Assembly (NCBI GenBank): GCA_011391125.1
Contig: JAABRE010000007.1
Span: 30,660 to 94,659, forward strand
Length of the DNA: 64,000 nucleotides
Reading direction: 5' to 3'
Origin: Synechococcales cyanobacterium S06
GTDB taxonomy: Bacteria; Cyanobacteriota; Cyanobacteriia; Cyanobacteriales; JAABRE01
Within the stretch, counting starts at the first letter, position 1. Each line of letters begins with the position of its first letter. The notes under the pieces were generated by a model. The model was not told the origin of the DNA and did not search any database. It worked only from the letters and a program-made list of their open reading frames with translations. The translations under genes and the position numbers were made by a program. Shown one piece after another: positions 45,101 to 54,122 of this stretch.

Positions 45101-48037
45101 AGCTATTAAATCTAAACGGGAAGGCAGCCACTTATCAACATCATCAGGATGGGTAATTTCACAATAATGTTTTCCTAATAATTGGTCAGCAGAATAACCG
45201 GTTAATTCAGTATATTTTTGATTACAAGAAAGTATATAACCAGAAATATTAAAAGTTACCATTCCCACCGCGGCTTGTTCAAAAACAGCCCGAAAACGTT
45301 TTTCACTTTGAATTAATGCTTGTTCTTTTTCTTTTAATTCAGTAATATCTTGAATCGTACCTATTATTTCTAAAGATTCACCATGTTCATCTAAAATAAC
45401 TTTAGTGTGTTCATAAAGATATTTAATACTACCATTTGGAGAGATATGACGATAATAAATACTGGTATTTTGTTTATTCTTTAATTGTTGCTTGATTGTG
45501 TTTAAAACTAACTTTCGATCTTCGGGATGTACACATTCTAAAAATGTTTCTAATGTGTGTTCAAATTCATCCTTATTTTTGCTAAAAATTAAATATACTT
45601 CATCACTCCAATAACCTTGATTGGTCTTAAGATTCCAACTCCAATTACCTAAATGAGCCGTTTCTTGGGCTATTTGAAGTTTCTGTTCACTATCTCGTAA
45701 AGCAAGTTCCATTTCTTTTCTTTCGGTGATATCAATTGCTAAACCATCGATAATAATTTCACCATTTTTAACACGAGAAGTAATGGAACTATCATAAAAC
45801 CAATGCCATTTATGATACTTATCTTTAAGGCGATATTCTAAGTTAAAATGATTTCCTTCTAAGCAATTTTTAATACCTTGATCTACTAAATTAATGTCAT
45901 TTTCATGGATAGAATTATGCCATAACATGGGATTTTCCTGTAATTCTGATATAGAATAACCTAAAATAGATTCCACTTGAGCAGAATAATAAATTCCCCC
46001 AGAATTCGGATTAAAAGAGTAAATAATTGCGGGTAAAGTTTCCACTAAACGACGATAACGACTCTCACTTTCTTGTAATGCTTCCTCGGCTTTTTTGCGT
46101 TGAGAAATATCCATAATTAGGGAGTTCCACAGAATATCTCCGTTTTCTTCTAACTGTGGTTTTCCTGCACCTTGTAACCACTTTTCTTGACCCGAAGGTG
46201 TGATAATACGGTATTCTAAAAACCAAGGTTCTAATTTTTGACCTGATCTTCTGATTGATTCTGCCATTTTGGGTTGGTCTTCGGGGTGAATTGCTTGCCA
46301 TAAAAGAGAGACATTTCCTCTTATTTGTTCTACTGTAAATTCCCAAATATTTTCACAAGTATTACTCATATAAATAATTTCATCTGAACCATCAGGATGA
46401 ACGACATAACGGAAAATTGCTCCGGGGACATTAGCAGCTAAATCCCGGAACATCCCCTCACTTTTTGCCAATTCTTCCTCTAATTTTTTCCGCTCCGTAA
46501 TATCAGTTAAACTGCCAATTGAACCGGTAGTTTCGCCATTTTCATTAAATTGAAATACAGCTTGAGCATAAACACAAACAATTTTACCATTGGGGTGAAT
46601 AAAACGATATTCATCTTCCCAAGGTGATTTAGTTTCAAAACATTCTTGCCAATGTTTTAACATACGGTCTAAATCATCGGGATGAATGCGAGAAATCCAT
46701 CCTGTACCTGAACATTCGGCCAAAGTCATATCTAATAATTCACCACATTTTTGGTTAATATAAATGCAGTTTCCCTCAGCATTATTAATATAAAGTCCCA
46801 CTTGCACTGCTTCCGCTAAATTAGCATATTTTTGCTCACTTTCTTGTAGTGCTTTCGTTTTTTCTGTTACCAATTCTTCTAAATAATTATGATAAATTTT
46901 AAGCTCTTTTTCTTGGCGTTTTTTCTCAGTAATATCAATTAAAACACCTAAAGCTCCTTCCAGATTACCTTGTTCATCTTTTTCCACTATTGCTGATAGT
47001 AAAATATCAATTATCTCCCCATTTTTCTTGACAAATTGATATTCAATATTATTAACAAAACCTTGGGAAAAAAGTATTGGTAAAATTACATTAATTGCCT
47101 TTTGATATGATTCGGGAGTGAGAAAATCTACTGATTTTTTACCAATTACTTCTTCTTTTTGATAACCTAAAGTTTCTAACCATTGATCACTAACATTAAC
47201 TATAGTATAATTGGCATTGACTCGGTGTAACATAGCCGGAGTTTTTTCATATAAATTCCGATAACGTGCTTCACTTTTTTGTAAAGCTGTTTCCCTTTCT
47301 ATTTCTTGAGTTATATCCCGAATAATAATTACTAAAGCTGGTTTTTTTTGCCAGTTAGTTTGAGCAATACTCATTTCTAAAGTAGTTATTTTATTTTCCC
47401 TATTAATAACTTCTATTTGTGTAGTATGTTTATTAATAATTGGTACGCCAAAATAACAACCAATTAACTTATTTAAGGGTTGATTAAGTAATTTAATTCC
47501 TGTTTTATTAACAAAACGAATTATCCCTGAGTTATCAACAATCAAGATTCCATTGGGAGAATGTTCAAAAATAGTATTTAAAAGCTCTTTTGTCTGACTA
47601 GATTTTTGTTCTTGTAATCTTCTCAATTGTAGAGAATATTTATGATTTACTTCTTCTACTTCTCTTGATTTTTTACTATTTTCAATCACCAAACGTAAAC
47701 AATGCTGTAATAATACCGAATTTAATTCTTCATATTTTAAATAGTCACTAATTCCATTTTTTAAAAGATTAATATTGAGATTTTCTCCACGATTTATTAA
47801 GACAATAACCGGGGTAGGACTTACTTTTCTTGTCCAATTTAATAAATTTTTTTCTTGATAATTAATCAAATAACCATCATAATCACAATAACCTCTTTTT
47901 ATTAAAGCTTGATCATATGTTTTTACCCAAGTTAAGGTAAATTTACCTATTTCGCTGTGCTGGAAAAGTTCTCTTATATAATGATAGTTATTTTCTGAAC
48001 TATCAATGAGTAAAATGTGATATATTTCACGATTCAT
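42200..48037 (-). CDS. Multi-PAS/GAF hybrid sensor histidine kinase (1945 aa)
   Basis: It begins with an N-terminal receiver-like domain, then about ten PAS/PAC units (recurrent DITERKxxEEAL linkers) and a GAF-like segment. These are followed by the H-box FLANMSHELRTPLNAI, HATPase N/G boxes (LLSNAIKFT, DTGVGI, GSGLGLAISK) and a C-terminal REC (ILIVEDQ...LILMDMRMPVMDG). Confidence 0.9.
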   Translation of the reverse strand: MNREIYHILLIDSSENNYHYIRELFQHSEIGKFTLTWVKTYDQALIKRGYCDYDGYLINYQEKNLLNWTRKVSPTPVIVLINRGENLNINLLKNGISDYLKYEELNSVLLQHCLRLVIENSKKSREVEEVNHKYSLQLRRLQEQKSSQTKELLNTIFEHSPNGILIVDNSGIIRFVNKTGIKLLNQPLNKLIGCYFGVPIINKHTTQIEVINRENKITTLEMSIAQTNWQKKPALVIIIRDITQEIERETALQKSEARYRNLYEKTPAMLHRVNANYTIVNVSDQWLETLGYQKEEVIGKKSVDFLTPESYQKAINVILPILFSQGFVNNIEYQFVKKNGEIIDILLSAIVEKDEQGNLEGALGVLIDITEKKRQEKELKIYHNYLEELVTEKTKALQESEQKYANLAEAVQVGLYINNAEGNCIYINQKCGELLDMTLAECSGTGWISRIHPDDLDRMLKHWQECFETKSPWEDEYRFIHPNGKIVCVYAQAVFQFNENGETTGSIGSLTDITERKKLEEELAKSEGMFRDLAANVPGAIFRYVVHPDGSDEIIYMSNTCENIWEFTVEQIRGNVSLLWQAIHPEDQPKMAESIRRSGQKLEPWFLEYRIITPSGQEKWLQGAGKPQLEENGDILWNSLIMDISQRKKAEEALQESESRYRRLVETLPAIIYSFNPNSGGIYYSAQVESILGYSISELQENPMLWHNSIHENDINLVDQGIKNCLEGNHFNLEYRLKDKYHKWHWFYDSSITSRVKNGEIIIDGLAIDITERKEMELALRDSEQKLQIAQETAHLGNWSWNLKTNQGYWSDEVYLIFSKNKDEFEHTLETFLECVHPEDRKLVLNTIKQQLKNKQNTSIYYRHISPNGSIKYLYEHTKVILDEHGESLEIIGTIQDITELKEKEQALIQSEKRFRAVFEQAAVGMVTFNISGYILSCNQKYTELTGYSADQLLGKHYCEITHPDDVDKWLPSRLDLIAGKINNYSVEKRYIKPDQTIQWVNATVSLVSNYQGEPDYCVAIIEDINERKKAEQELTYRLQIQTILAFISQELAIQNNLNLLPILGIIGYNFQASRVSIHCLHDNETKFSIFQEWCNQDITSIKEQFQGISTKSHSWWINQLTSDHHIIILNLNDFPPEAEQEKLFFIKEKIKAVICVPIFSSHGHLWGFISFDLMNNQKQLSYEQAEIDAQMLRIVGEMIYSYLSRQEAKKFLEESENHYRAIVEDQTELICRFLSDGRLTFVNNAYCRYFNKEQRQLIGKNWFSLLPLSEQKKQRQFLAKLEKLTPDNPILINEEKVIINGQIRWQEWTNRAIFDHNNNLIEFQGLGQDITERKEAEAALKESEARFRSIFSQASVGIALLNINGNFIDFNEAFTKFFGYTSSQMFHLNIPEITYPDDLAISLKNMQNLLEGKANFFSFEKRYLTAKGEIKWGNISVTLVRDADNKPLYFISVLDDIHHRKETEITLQKAKQAADEANFAKSQFLANMSHELRTPLNAILGFSQLMARSEQLSPEHQEYLQIINGAGEHLLSLINEILDLARIESGKIELNYEVFDLDNLLEGLQKILQIKANSKNLELIFTYNNELPRWLKTDQNKLRSILINLLSNAIKFTKKGLVKLTVKTLEQTENQVNLFFEIEDTGVGIAQSEIDHLFEVFSQSESGKNSGEGSGLGLAISKRFINLMGGDITVSSELAKGSIFSFNIIAELAISNNRVLTNINLPIISLQSSQEPPRILIVEDQEINRYFLVKLLENIGFKIKECANGQEALDLWQRWQPDLILMDMRMPVMDGYQAITTIRQQERNCQVINPVKIIAVTASALAQEKNVIIQAGCDDFISKPVKEAEICAQIAHYLNLSYTYKSSDSSTQLTPPSSSAKIEQEDLLTMSFEWRNNLYEAALAARSNKILQLIDDIPVNNKAIINKLTELVKQLNFEEIMSLTKISE

Positions 48038-48236
48038 GGTTCTATTACCAACTGCTGACTAAAGATTAGATGGAATTATTTAAACTCTCAATGATGAGAC
48101 TTCAGCTGAGTGTATTTAATCCTCAACTAGATATTTTATAGTAATTAAATAGTACAATTAAAAAATTAGGTTCGTAGTTACGCTAAAGTGTGTCCTTGCG
48201 TTTATTAATAGAATTAATAGCTTTTGCTAAGATTTT

Positions 48237-48341
48237 TGGCGTTGCATAGTTGCGAGATGATTTGATATTTATTCTCAATGTAGGGGTAGGTCTTGTGCCT
48301 ACCCTGCCCCTACAATTTCATCTTAGAGTTATGCAACGCCA
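48237..48341. repeat. Long imperfect hairpin (~105 nt) with a nested GTAGGGG...CCCCTAC hairpin
   Basis: The outer arms tggcgttgcata......agatga and tcatct......tatgcaacgcca are complementary apart from a 6-nt internal mismatch. The inner sequence is gtaggggtaggtcttgtgcctaccctgcccctac. GATTTTTTC follows. Confidence 0.6.
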
Positions 48342-48702
48342 GATTTTTTCTAGGACAAAATCCAACAACGAACTTTTTTAATATTTCATTTTTATTTGAA
48401 ATTACTATACAAATCATTATGCTGTTTTAACAATAGGCCAAAAGTTTATTATTTGCGTTTATGGATGTTTAAAATAGATGGTGCAGATTCGGCCACTTGT
48501 GTCTCATTCAATTCTATTATACAAACAATTAAAAAAAAATAAGGCAATACAACTGGTTCTACTTGAGGGGGTTACAATTTGAGGTTATTGAGCAAAAAAT
48601 AGATCGATTACGAATTACCGATTCTTGATTACCTCTTACCTATCTCAGGGTTTTTTTCCCTGTTTAAAATAAGAACTTTTAGCTTAGTTTTATAAATAAA
48701 AC

Positions 48703-48738
48703 TAAAAAATGCTGTCAACTAAATGAGAAAACAGCATT
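48703..48738 (-). terminator. Intrinsic terminator downstream of tRNA-Trp
   Basis: On the minus strand, an 8-bp stem (aatgctgt / acagcatt) with a 15-nt loop is followed by a T-run. It begins 20 nt after the tRNA 3' end. Confidence 0.5.
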
Positions 48739-48757
48739 TCCATGATTTATTTAGTAA

Positions 48758-48830
48758 CGCGCCCTGAAGGACTTGAACCCTCGACATCCGGTTTTGGAGA
48801 CCGACGTTCTACCAACTGAACTAAGGACGC
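48758..48830 (-). tRNA. trnW: tRNA-Trp (anticodon CCA)
   Basis: The 73-nt reverse complement is GCGTCCTTAGTTCAGTTGGTAGAACGTCGGTCTCCAAAACCGGATGTCGAGGGTTCAAGTCCTTCAGGGCGCG. It folds with a 7-bp acceptor stem, D arm GTTC/GAAC, anticodon loop CTCCAAA and T loop TTCAAGT. CCA is not encoded. Confidence 0.95.
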
Positions 48831-48905
48831 ATTTTTTTTGTCTTTAATAATTATAGCGCAAGGATTAAATAATTTCAAGTATTTCCTGCGCTAATTTTTT
48901 TTTCA

Positions 48906-49268
48906 TTAAAGAGGGCGATCAAAACGTTGCTTAATACGGGTTGCTTTACCAACTCGATCTCTAAGATAATAGAGTTTCGCGCGTCGAACTTTACCACGAC
49001 GGATAATTTTAATCTCAGCCACTTTCGGAGAATGAAGTAAAAATACTCTTTCTACCCCGATACCTTGAAAGATACGGCGTACCGTAATAGTTTCATTAAT
49101 ACCACCATTATTCATGGAGATAACAGTACCCTCATAAGGCTGGATTCTTTCCTTACCACCTTCACTAATGCGAACACCTACTTTAACGGTATCACCGACA
49201 TAGATAATCGGTAAATCTTGTTTAATAAATTCAGCTTCAATAGAGCGAATGATTTGTTCTGCGTTCAT
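48906..49268 (-). CDS. rplS: 50S ribosomal protein L19
   Basis: 120 aa. [79 protein letters not shown] is canonical L19. Confidence 0.95.
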   Translation of the reverse strand: MNAEQIIRSIEAEFIKQDLPIIYVGDTVKVGVRISEGGKERIQPYEGTVISMNNGGINETITVRRIFQGIGVERVFLLHSPKVAEIKIIRRGKVRRAKLYYLRDRVGKATRIKQRFDRPL

Positions 49269-49400
49269 TGTTATTTCTAAAATTCACAATTCTCCATTAT
49301 ACCTTAATTTCACCAATAAAAAAAGGAAAAAAGGATAAATTTTAGTAAGTAAGTGGTCAAAATTAATTAGGGTTTGCTGAATAAATGGCTGGTGAGGGCG

Positions 49401-49432
49401 AGTTGATAGTTGATAGTTGATAGTTGATAGTT
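49401..49432. repeat. Heptamer tandem repeat (AGTTGAT x4 plus a partial unit)
   Basis: Read directly. It lies in the rplS upstream region. Confidence 0.85.
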
Positions 49433-49584
49433 TGACCGCGTCTTTTGACGAGCAAAAATCTTGATTAATCCCAGTAAATGTAAGGTTTTTTACTATTATT
49501 TGTTGAAATCCTTGCACTTAATTCAAGTCCCACCAACTTGAAAGTCTTGATCTACATAGCTGTCAGCTTTTTTCCGTAAACCCT

Positions 49585-49712
49585 AATTAGATAAAGGTAA
49601 AAGTTCGGTGTTGCGCGTAAGGGCGAACGGCCGTTCGCCCCTACATAATAGCGCTAAAGCGCAACAACAAACCTTCTTTACTTTTCACCAATAATTTTGC
49701 GCGCGGTACTTA
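49585..49712. repeat. Family B long hairpin element, copy B1 (~128 bp)
   Basis: aattagataaaggtaaaagttcggtgttgcgcgtaagggcgaacggccgttcgcccctacataatagcgctaaagcgcaacaacaaaccttctttacttttcaccaataattttgc...tactta. It is collinear with copies at 50881 and 55312. Its end includes the pstS stop codon. Confidence 0.7.
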
Positions 49713-50795
49713 TTGAATCGTAGCTAGGGCAGCTTCCACCTTATCGACAACAGTCTCAGGTAAAGGAATATAACCCAATTCAGGCGCAAATTTCTGCCCG
49801 TCATTAAGAGACCATGTTATCACGTCTTTCAAAGCCTTTAATTTAGCGGGGTCATCATACTTTTTGTAAGCTAAAATCCAAGTGTAGCTGACGATGGGGT
49901 ACGATTCAGCACCCTCGGGATCTGGTAAAAACGCCCTTAAATTTTCGGGTAAGGTCACCGCTGCTAAAGACTTAGAAGCCGCTTCACTAGAGGGTTTAAT
50001 ATAACTACCGGCTTTATTTTCAATGGTAGCGGTGGAAATATTTTGTTGTTGAGCGTAGCCAAATTCAATATAACCGATCGCCCCTTCCGTTTGCATAATT
50101 TGAGCCGTCACCCCCTCATTGCCTTTAGCTCCAATGCCAACAGGCCATTCCACACTCTTACCGTCGCCAACCTTAGTTTTCCATTCCCCGCTAACTGCGC
50201 TCAAATGTTGAGTAAATACACCGGTTGTACCACTACCATCGGAACGATAAATCACGGTAATAGCTTGATCTGGTAAACTTGCTCCGGGGTTGAGGGAGGC
50301 GATCGCTGGATCATTCCATTTACTAATTTTGCCGAGGAGAATATCCACATAAACTTGACGGGATAACTTTAACTCACTGACACCGGGTAAATTGTAGGCA
50401 AAAACAATACTTCCGGCGGTCATGGGTAATAAAACCACACCCTTAGCCACCGAGGTCATTTCTTCATCTTTCATGGCGACATCACTGGCACCAAAATCCA
50501 CCGTACCTTGGCTAAACTGTTCTACTCCGGCACCACTACCCACGGACTGATAACTAACCTTCACATTGGGATTAACTTTATTATATTCAGAAAACCAACG
50601 CTGATACAAAGGAGCGGGGAAAGTAGCACCTGCTCCCGTTAAAGAGACAGAAGGACCAGAAGGAGCAGGAGTCGTATTATTACCATCAGTAGGAGTGGTA
50701 GTGGTTTGATTACCACCACAGGAAGCCAGACCTAAAGTTAAGGCCATTAAAGGAGCAAGTAGAATTTGACGTTTAGTTTTGATGAAAAAAAGCAT
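49710..50795 (-). CDS. pstS: Phosphate ABC transporter substrate-binding lipoprotein PstS
   Basis: 361 aa with a lipobox LGLASC. GAGATFPAPLYQRW...SVGSGAGV..F..G.VDFGASD...SDGSGTT is the PstS signature. Confidence 0.9.
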   Translation of the reverse strand: MLFFIKTKRQILLAPLMALTLGLASCGGNQTTTTPTDGNNTTPAPSGPSVSLTGAGATFPAPLYQRWFSEYNKVNPNVKVSYQSVGSGAGVEQFSQGTVDFGASDVAMKDEEMTSVAKGVVLLPMTAGSIVFAYNLPGVSELKLSRQVYVDILLGKISKWNDPAIASLNPGASLPDQAITVIYRSDGSGTTGVFTQHLSAVSGEWKTKVGDGKSVEWPVGIGAKGNEGVTAQIMQTEGAIGYIEFGYAQQQNISTATIENKAGSYIKPSSEAASKSLAAVTLPENLRAFLPDPEGAESYPIVSYTWILAYKKYDDPAKLKALKDVITWSLNDGQKFAPELGYIPLPETVVDKVEAALATIQ

Positions 50796-50880
50796 ACTTA
50801 ATAATTTACAGAAGAATTTATATTGGTTTGCAGAAATCAGATTTCTAGCTTATAGCGGTTTTAAGTACGTGTTCATAATT

Positions 50881-50988
50881 AATTGTATAAATCTAAAAGC
50901 TCGTTGTTGCGCTTTAGCGCTACCAGCTCGAGAGGCGCAACAACAAACCTTCTTTATTTTTCACAATTAATTTTGCTTAGGTACTTAA
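50881..50988. repeat. Family B long hairpin element, copy B2 (~108 bp)
   Basis: aattgtataaatctaaaagctcgttgttgcgctttagcgc...ggcgcaacaacaaaccttctttatttttcacaattaattttgcttaggtacttaa. Confidence 0.7.
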
Positions 50989-51156
50989 CGCTGGATAAAC
51001 CATTATCCAATGTCGAGAAGTTGCATACAACGTCTCGACATTTTGTGATTTACTCCCATGAAAACCGCTATTTTTGAAAAAAACAGTACCCTAGTCAGGA
51101 TAAACTAAGTAGTTTATGAATAGGTTAAGTGAAGAAGCGTAATTAGACTTACTTTC

Positions 51157-51205
51157 AAAAAAACAACCCCCCAAATCCCCTATTTAAGGAACTTGGGGGG
51201 GGTTG
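51157..51205 (-). terminator. Putative intrinsic terminator of the porin gene
   Basis: On the minus strand, a 9-bp G:C-rich stem (caacccccc / ggggggttg) is followed by T7. The loop is large (~22 nt). A second hairpin, ccccctta-ac-taaggggg, lies closer to the stop. Confidence 0.5.
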
Positions 51206-51253
51206 AGAAATCCGAAAGCCCCCCTTAGTTAAGGGGGTTGGGGGGATCAAAGC

Positions 51254-52888
51254 TTAGAACTTAAAGGTAGTACGAAGAGCACCTACCCAAATTTCACTGG
51301 CTCCGTCAACAGAATCAGGTTCAAGAATGACGTAAGCAGCAGGGGTAATTTGGATGTTGTCGGTAACTTGCCAACGATACTGAGCTTCAATGATATAGCC
51401 ATTACCACTATTTTCGATACCAGAATCAGAGCTAGTCAATGTCGGAGCTTGTCCACCGGCAAAACCTAAAACGTTACCTTCACCACCGAAATCGAGTAAG
51501 GCCAGATTAGCACCCCAGGTCAAAGTATCGGCGTTATCTCCGTCATAGACACCACTTTCAGCGTGAGCATTAACATAACCACCGAAAGCACCAAGGCTGA
51601 TTTTTTGTGCTGGTTTCCACTGACCGGAAAGACCGAAGTGATCGGCAGAAGTGGCCGCACCGAAGAAAGGAGTTTTAGCTAAGGTGCTACCAGTGCTACC
51701 AGAGAGGTTAACTTTGCCTCCGGGTTGGTAAGTATGGAGGTAAGCGAGACCAAAATCAAGATTTTTACCAAAGTTGAAATCTACCTGAGCACCTGCGGTA
51801 TAAGAACCATCGAATAAGCCATTGGTATTGCTGGGATCAGACGCGTTAGAACCTGTCAGGTAAAGGGCGGTTAAGGCAATGCTATCACTGAATTTGTATT
51901 GACCTGCGACACCAACACCCTCAGCTCCACCACTGCGGTAAACTGCGGGGTTATAACGGTTGAAACGGGACATTGCACCGCCTCCACTGCTTTCAAAGTA
52001 GGGGTTATGGGTATTGAAAACATCGTCGATGTCCAGACCGGCTGCACCCACCCAAATTTTGGCTTTGCTTCCCAATGGATAGCGGTAGTAAAGTTCATCA
52101 ATGGTAACATTGTTACCACCACTGGCTTCATGTCCTAAACTGGCCATGTCAGTACCTGTAGCTCTTGCCAATCCAGAGAAGTTACCTGCTTGTAAACGGG
52201 TTCTCAATAAATCTTTACCGGTGAAACTGGTATTGAGGTTTAAGCGAACACGATCGCTGAAGGTAACATTATCATCAATGTTTGTTCCATCGGGTCTCTC
52301 ATCACCATAAGCTCCAGCGGCTGTCATGATTACTTCACCGCTTAATTTGGTGGTGGTGGAGAACTGTTGTTTCTCGACCACGCCAACCCTTGCTTCTAAA
52401 TTGTCAACTCTTGCTCCGAGGGCTGCTAACTCAGCTTGAAACTCTTGAGTTAAGCGTTGGACTTGTGACATTTCTTCTTCTGTCAGTCCACGATCGCCAC
52501 CAGTACCAATGAGTCTTTCAATTTGTTGTAAACAAGAGTTTAAACCAGCGGCAAATTCATAACGGGTTAAAGGTTTATTGCCACGGAAAGTTCTGTCGGG
52601 ATAACCAGCGATACAGCCGTAACGTTCAACCAAGTTCCGTAAAGCTTCAAAAGCCCAGTCTCCGGGAGAAACGTCCCGCAGTTGAGAAACGCTGTTTACC
52701 TGAGACATGGCACCGTTTTGGTTTCCGCTGTCTTTGGAATAATTGTTAATTTCTTGCAAAATCTCGCTCGTGTTAGTAGTTGCTTCTTGGGCAAAACTGG
52801 GACTAACGGCTAAGAGAGAAGCTCCTAAAGCGACAGGAGTTGCTTTTAATAGTTGTTGAAATAATTTAGACATATGATCAAACCTCAC
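51254..52888 (-). CDS. SLH-domain / OprB-type outer-membrane porin
   Basis: 544 aa with a signal peptide. The SLH motif is DVSPGDWAFEALRNLVERYGCIAGYPDRTFRGNKPLTRYEFAAGL. A coiled-coil linker follows, then a beta-barrel with alternating hydrophobic pattern ending ...ALRTTFKF. Confidence 0.85.
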   Translation of the reverse strand: MRFDHMSKLFQQLLKATPVALGASLLAVSPSFAQEATTNTSEILQEINNYSKDSGNQNGAMSQVNSVSQLRDVSPGDWAFEALRNLVERYGCIAGYPDRTFRGNKPLTRYEFAAGLNSCLQQIERLIGTGGDRGLTEEEMSQVQRLTQEFQAELAALGARVDNLEARVGVVEKQQFSTTTKLSGEVIMTAAGAYGDERPDGTNIDDNVTFSDRVRLNLNTSFTGKDLLRTRLQAGNFSGLARATGTDMASLGHEASGGNNVTIDELYYRYPLGSKAKIWVGAAGLDIDDVFNTHNPYFESSGGGAMSRFNRYNPAVYRSGGAEGVGVAGQYKFSDSIALTALYLTGSNASDPSNTNGLFDGSYTAGAQVDFNFGKNLDFGLAYLHTYQPGGKVNLSGSTGSTLAKTPFFGAATSADHFGLSGQWKPAQKISLGAFGGYVNAHAESGVYDGDNADTLTWGANLALLDFGGEGNVLGFAGGQAPTLTSSDSGIENSGNGYIIEAQYRWQVTDNIQITPAAYVILEPDSVDGASEIWVGALRTTFKF

Positions 52889-53125
52889 ACCTAATTTTGT
52901 TTGATTGACGTACCCAGGTTCTGAAATGTTCCGAATTTTTTTGTGATTCGGAAAAGTCGGTTCTGCGATCGCAGTTGAGACTTGATAATCAGAATACCAT
53001 TACTATAACATAAAAATTTTTTTAGTTATAGTTTTCTAGTACACCTATAAAAACATAATAACACCAAATTAAGTTTTTTTGGTTAGGGTTAAGCGCGAAA
53101 GGATATCTCAATTCCCACTAAGAAC

Positions 53126-53779
53126 TTGGCTTCAGTATATAATGACAGGAAAATTATAGTTATTGTTAAGATTATGTCATTATTTTCATTGCCGGCGATC
53201 GCCACTTTAGAAGCATCTCTTAAGGATACCGAAGAAAAATTGACCTTTACAGGGGTAAGTTGGGAAAAATATGAGCAGTTACTTGCGGACTTGGGAGATA
53301 GCTCAACTTATCGGACTATTTATTTAGAGGGAGTTTTGGAAATTATGTCTCCGAGTCGTCGTCATGAAGTTAGCAAAGAAAGTATTGGTAGAATACTCGA
53401 AGTTTACCTAGAAAAGGCGCAACTTGATTTTTGGGGATTAGGTTCAACGACCTTACGTCGTCAAGAAGGTGAAGCAGGCAAAGAACCTGATAAATGTTAC
53501 TGTCTTTATACTGATAAGACAATGCCCGATCTAGCCATTGAGGTAATTATCACAAGTGGTAGGAAAAAACTCATTTTAGAGGTATATCGTCGGTTGGGAA
53601 TTAAAGAGGTTTGGTTGTGGCAAAATGAGGACTTAAAGGTTTATTCTCTACAAAATAATGAATATTTTTTAAGTGAAAAAAGCATTTTATTACCAGATTT
53701 AGATTTAGAATTATTAGCCCAATATATTAATCATCCTAATCCTCGTTTGGCAATGAAGGAATTTAGAGAGAACTTGTAA
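53126..53779 (+). CDS. Uma2 family (DUF820) endonuclease
   Basis: WEKYEQLLADLGDSSTYRTIYLEGVLEIMSPSRRHE...PDLAIEVIITSG...YRRLGIKEVWLW. The likely start is ATG at 53174 (MSLFSLPAI); the track start is TTG. Confidence 0.8.
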   Translation: MASVYNDRKIIVIVKIMSLFSLPAIATLEASLKDTEEKLTFTGVSWEKYEQLLADLGDSSTYRTIYLEGVLEIMSPSRRHEVSKESIGRILEVYLEKAQLDFWGLGSTTLRRQEGEAGKEPDKCYCLYTDKTMPDLAIEVIITSGRKKLILEVYRRLGIKEVWLWQNEDLKVYSLQNNEYFLSEKSILLPDLDLELLAQYINHPNPRLAMKEFRENL

Positions 53780-53784
53780 CCATT

Positions 53785-53842
53785 GTTTGTTGTCGATGCT
53801 CTAGCCCTAACTCTACTTAGGGCTAGAGCATCGACAACGAGC
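53785..53842. repeat. Family B-related hairpin (21-bp perfect core stem)
   Basis: gtttgttgtcgatgctctagcccta-actctact-tagggctagagcatcgacaacgagc. Confidence 0.8.
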
Positions 53843-53915
53843 CAATCTGCTAATTAATATTACGAAGAAACTTATATATAGTAATTCCAAATAAAAATTA
53901 AACAAAAGTTTTTAG

Positions 53916-53965
53916 TTTGTTGTTGGACTTTAGTCCTAAGAAGCGCTAAAGCGCAACTACGAACC
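53916..53965. repeat. Family B-related element (GTTTGTTGTTGG...GCGCAACTACGAACC)
   Basis: gtttgttgttggactttagtcctaagaagcgctaaagcgcaactacgaacc. Confidence 0.65.
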
Positions 53966-54085
53966 TATTTTTTAACTGTTCTAATCTTAATTGGAATTAC
54001 TATAATTTCTGTAAAATAGTTGGCCAGGTTAAATTTTCAGCATAATTTTGTTTGGTAAAGATAGGTCTGTCGATTTAAGAAACTG

Positions 54086-54109
54086 CTGCCCAGAAGGTGG
54101 GCAGTTTTT
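54086..54109 (+). terminator. Short terminator-like hairpin (CTGCCCA/TGGGCAG + T5)
   Basis: A 7-bp stem with a 5-nt loop, followed by TTTTT. It lies 14 nt from the stop of the convergent K+ channel gene. Confidence 0.45.
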
Positions 54110-54122
54110 GATGGTAATTTCC

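Noticed and set aside
49284-49517. 77-aa minus-strand ORF upstream of rplS
   Set aside because: It spans the AGTTGAT heptamer array (read as STINYQLST) and AT-rich leader DNA, and has no motif support.
50779-51077. ORFs 50779-50970 and 50883-51077 between pstS and the porin gene
   Set aside because: They read through family-B repeat copy B2 (peptides such as ARCCALAL). No coding signal is present.
50796-53125. Pho boxes upstream of pstS and the porin gene
   Set aside because: Only isolated CTTAA-containing octamers occur (e.g. CTTAAAAC near 50863-50870, CTTAACCC near 53083-53090). They lack the required three repeats at 11-bp phasing.
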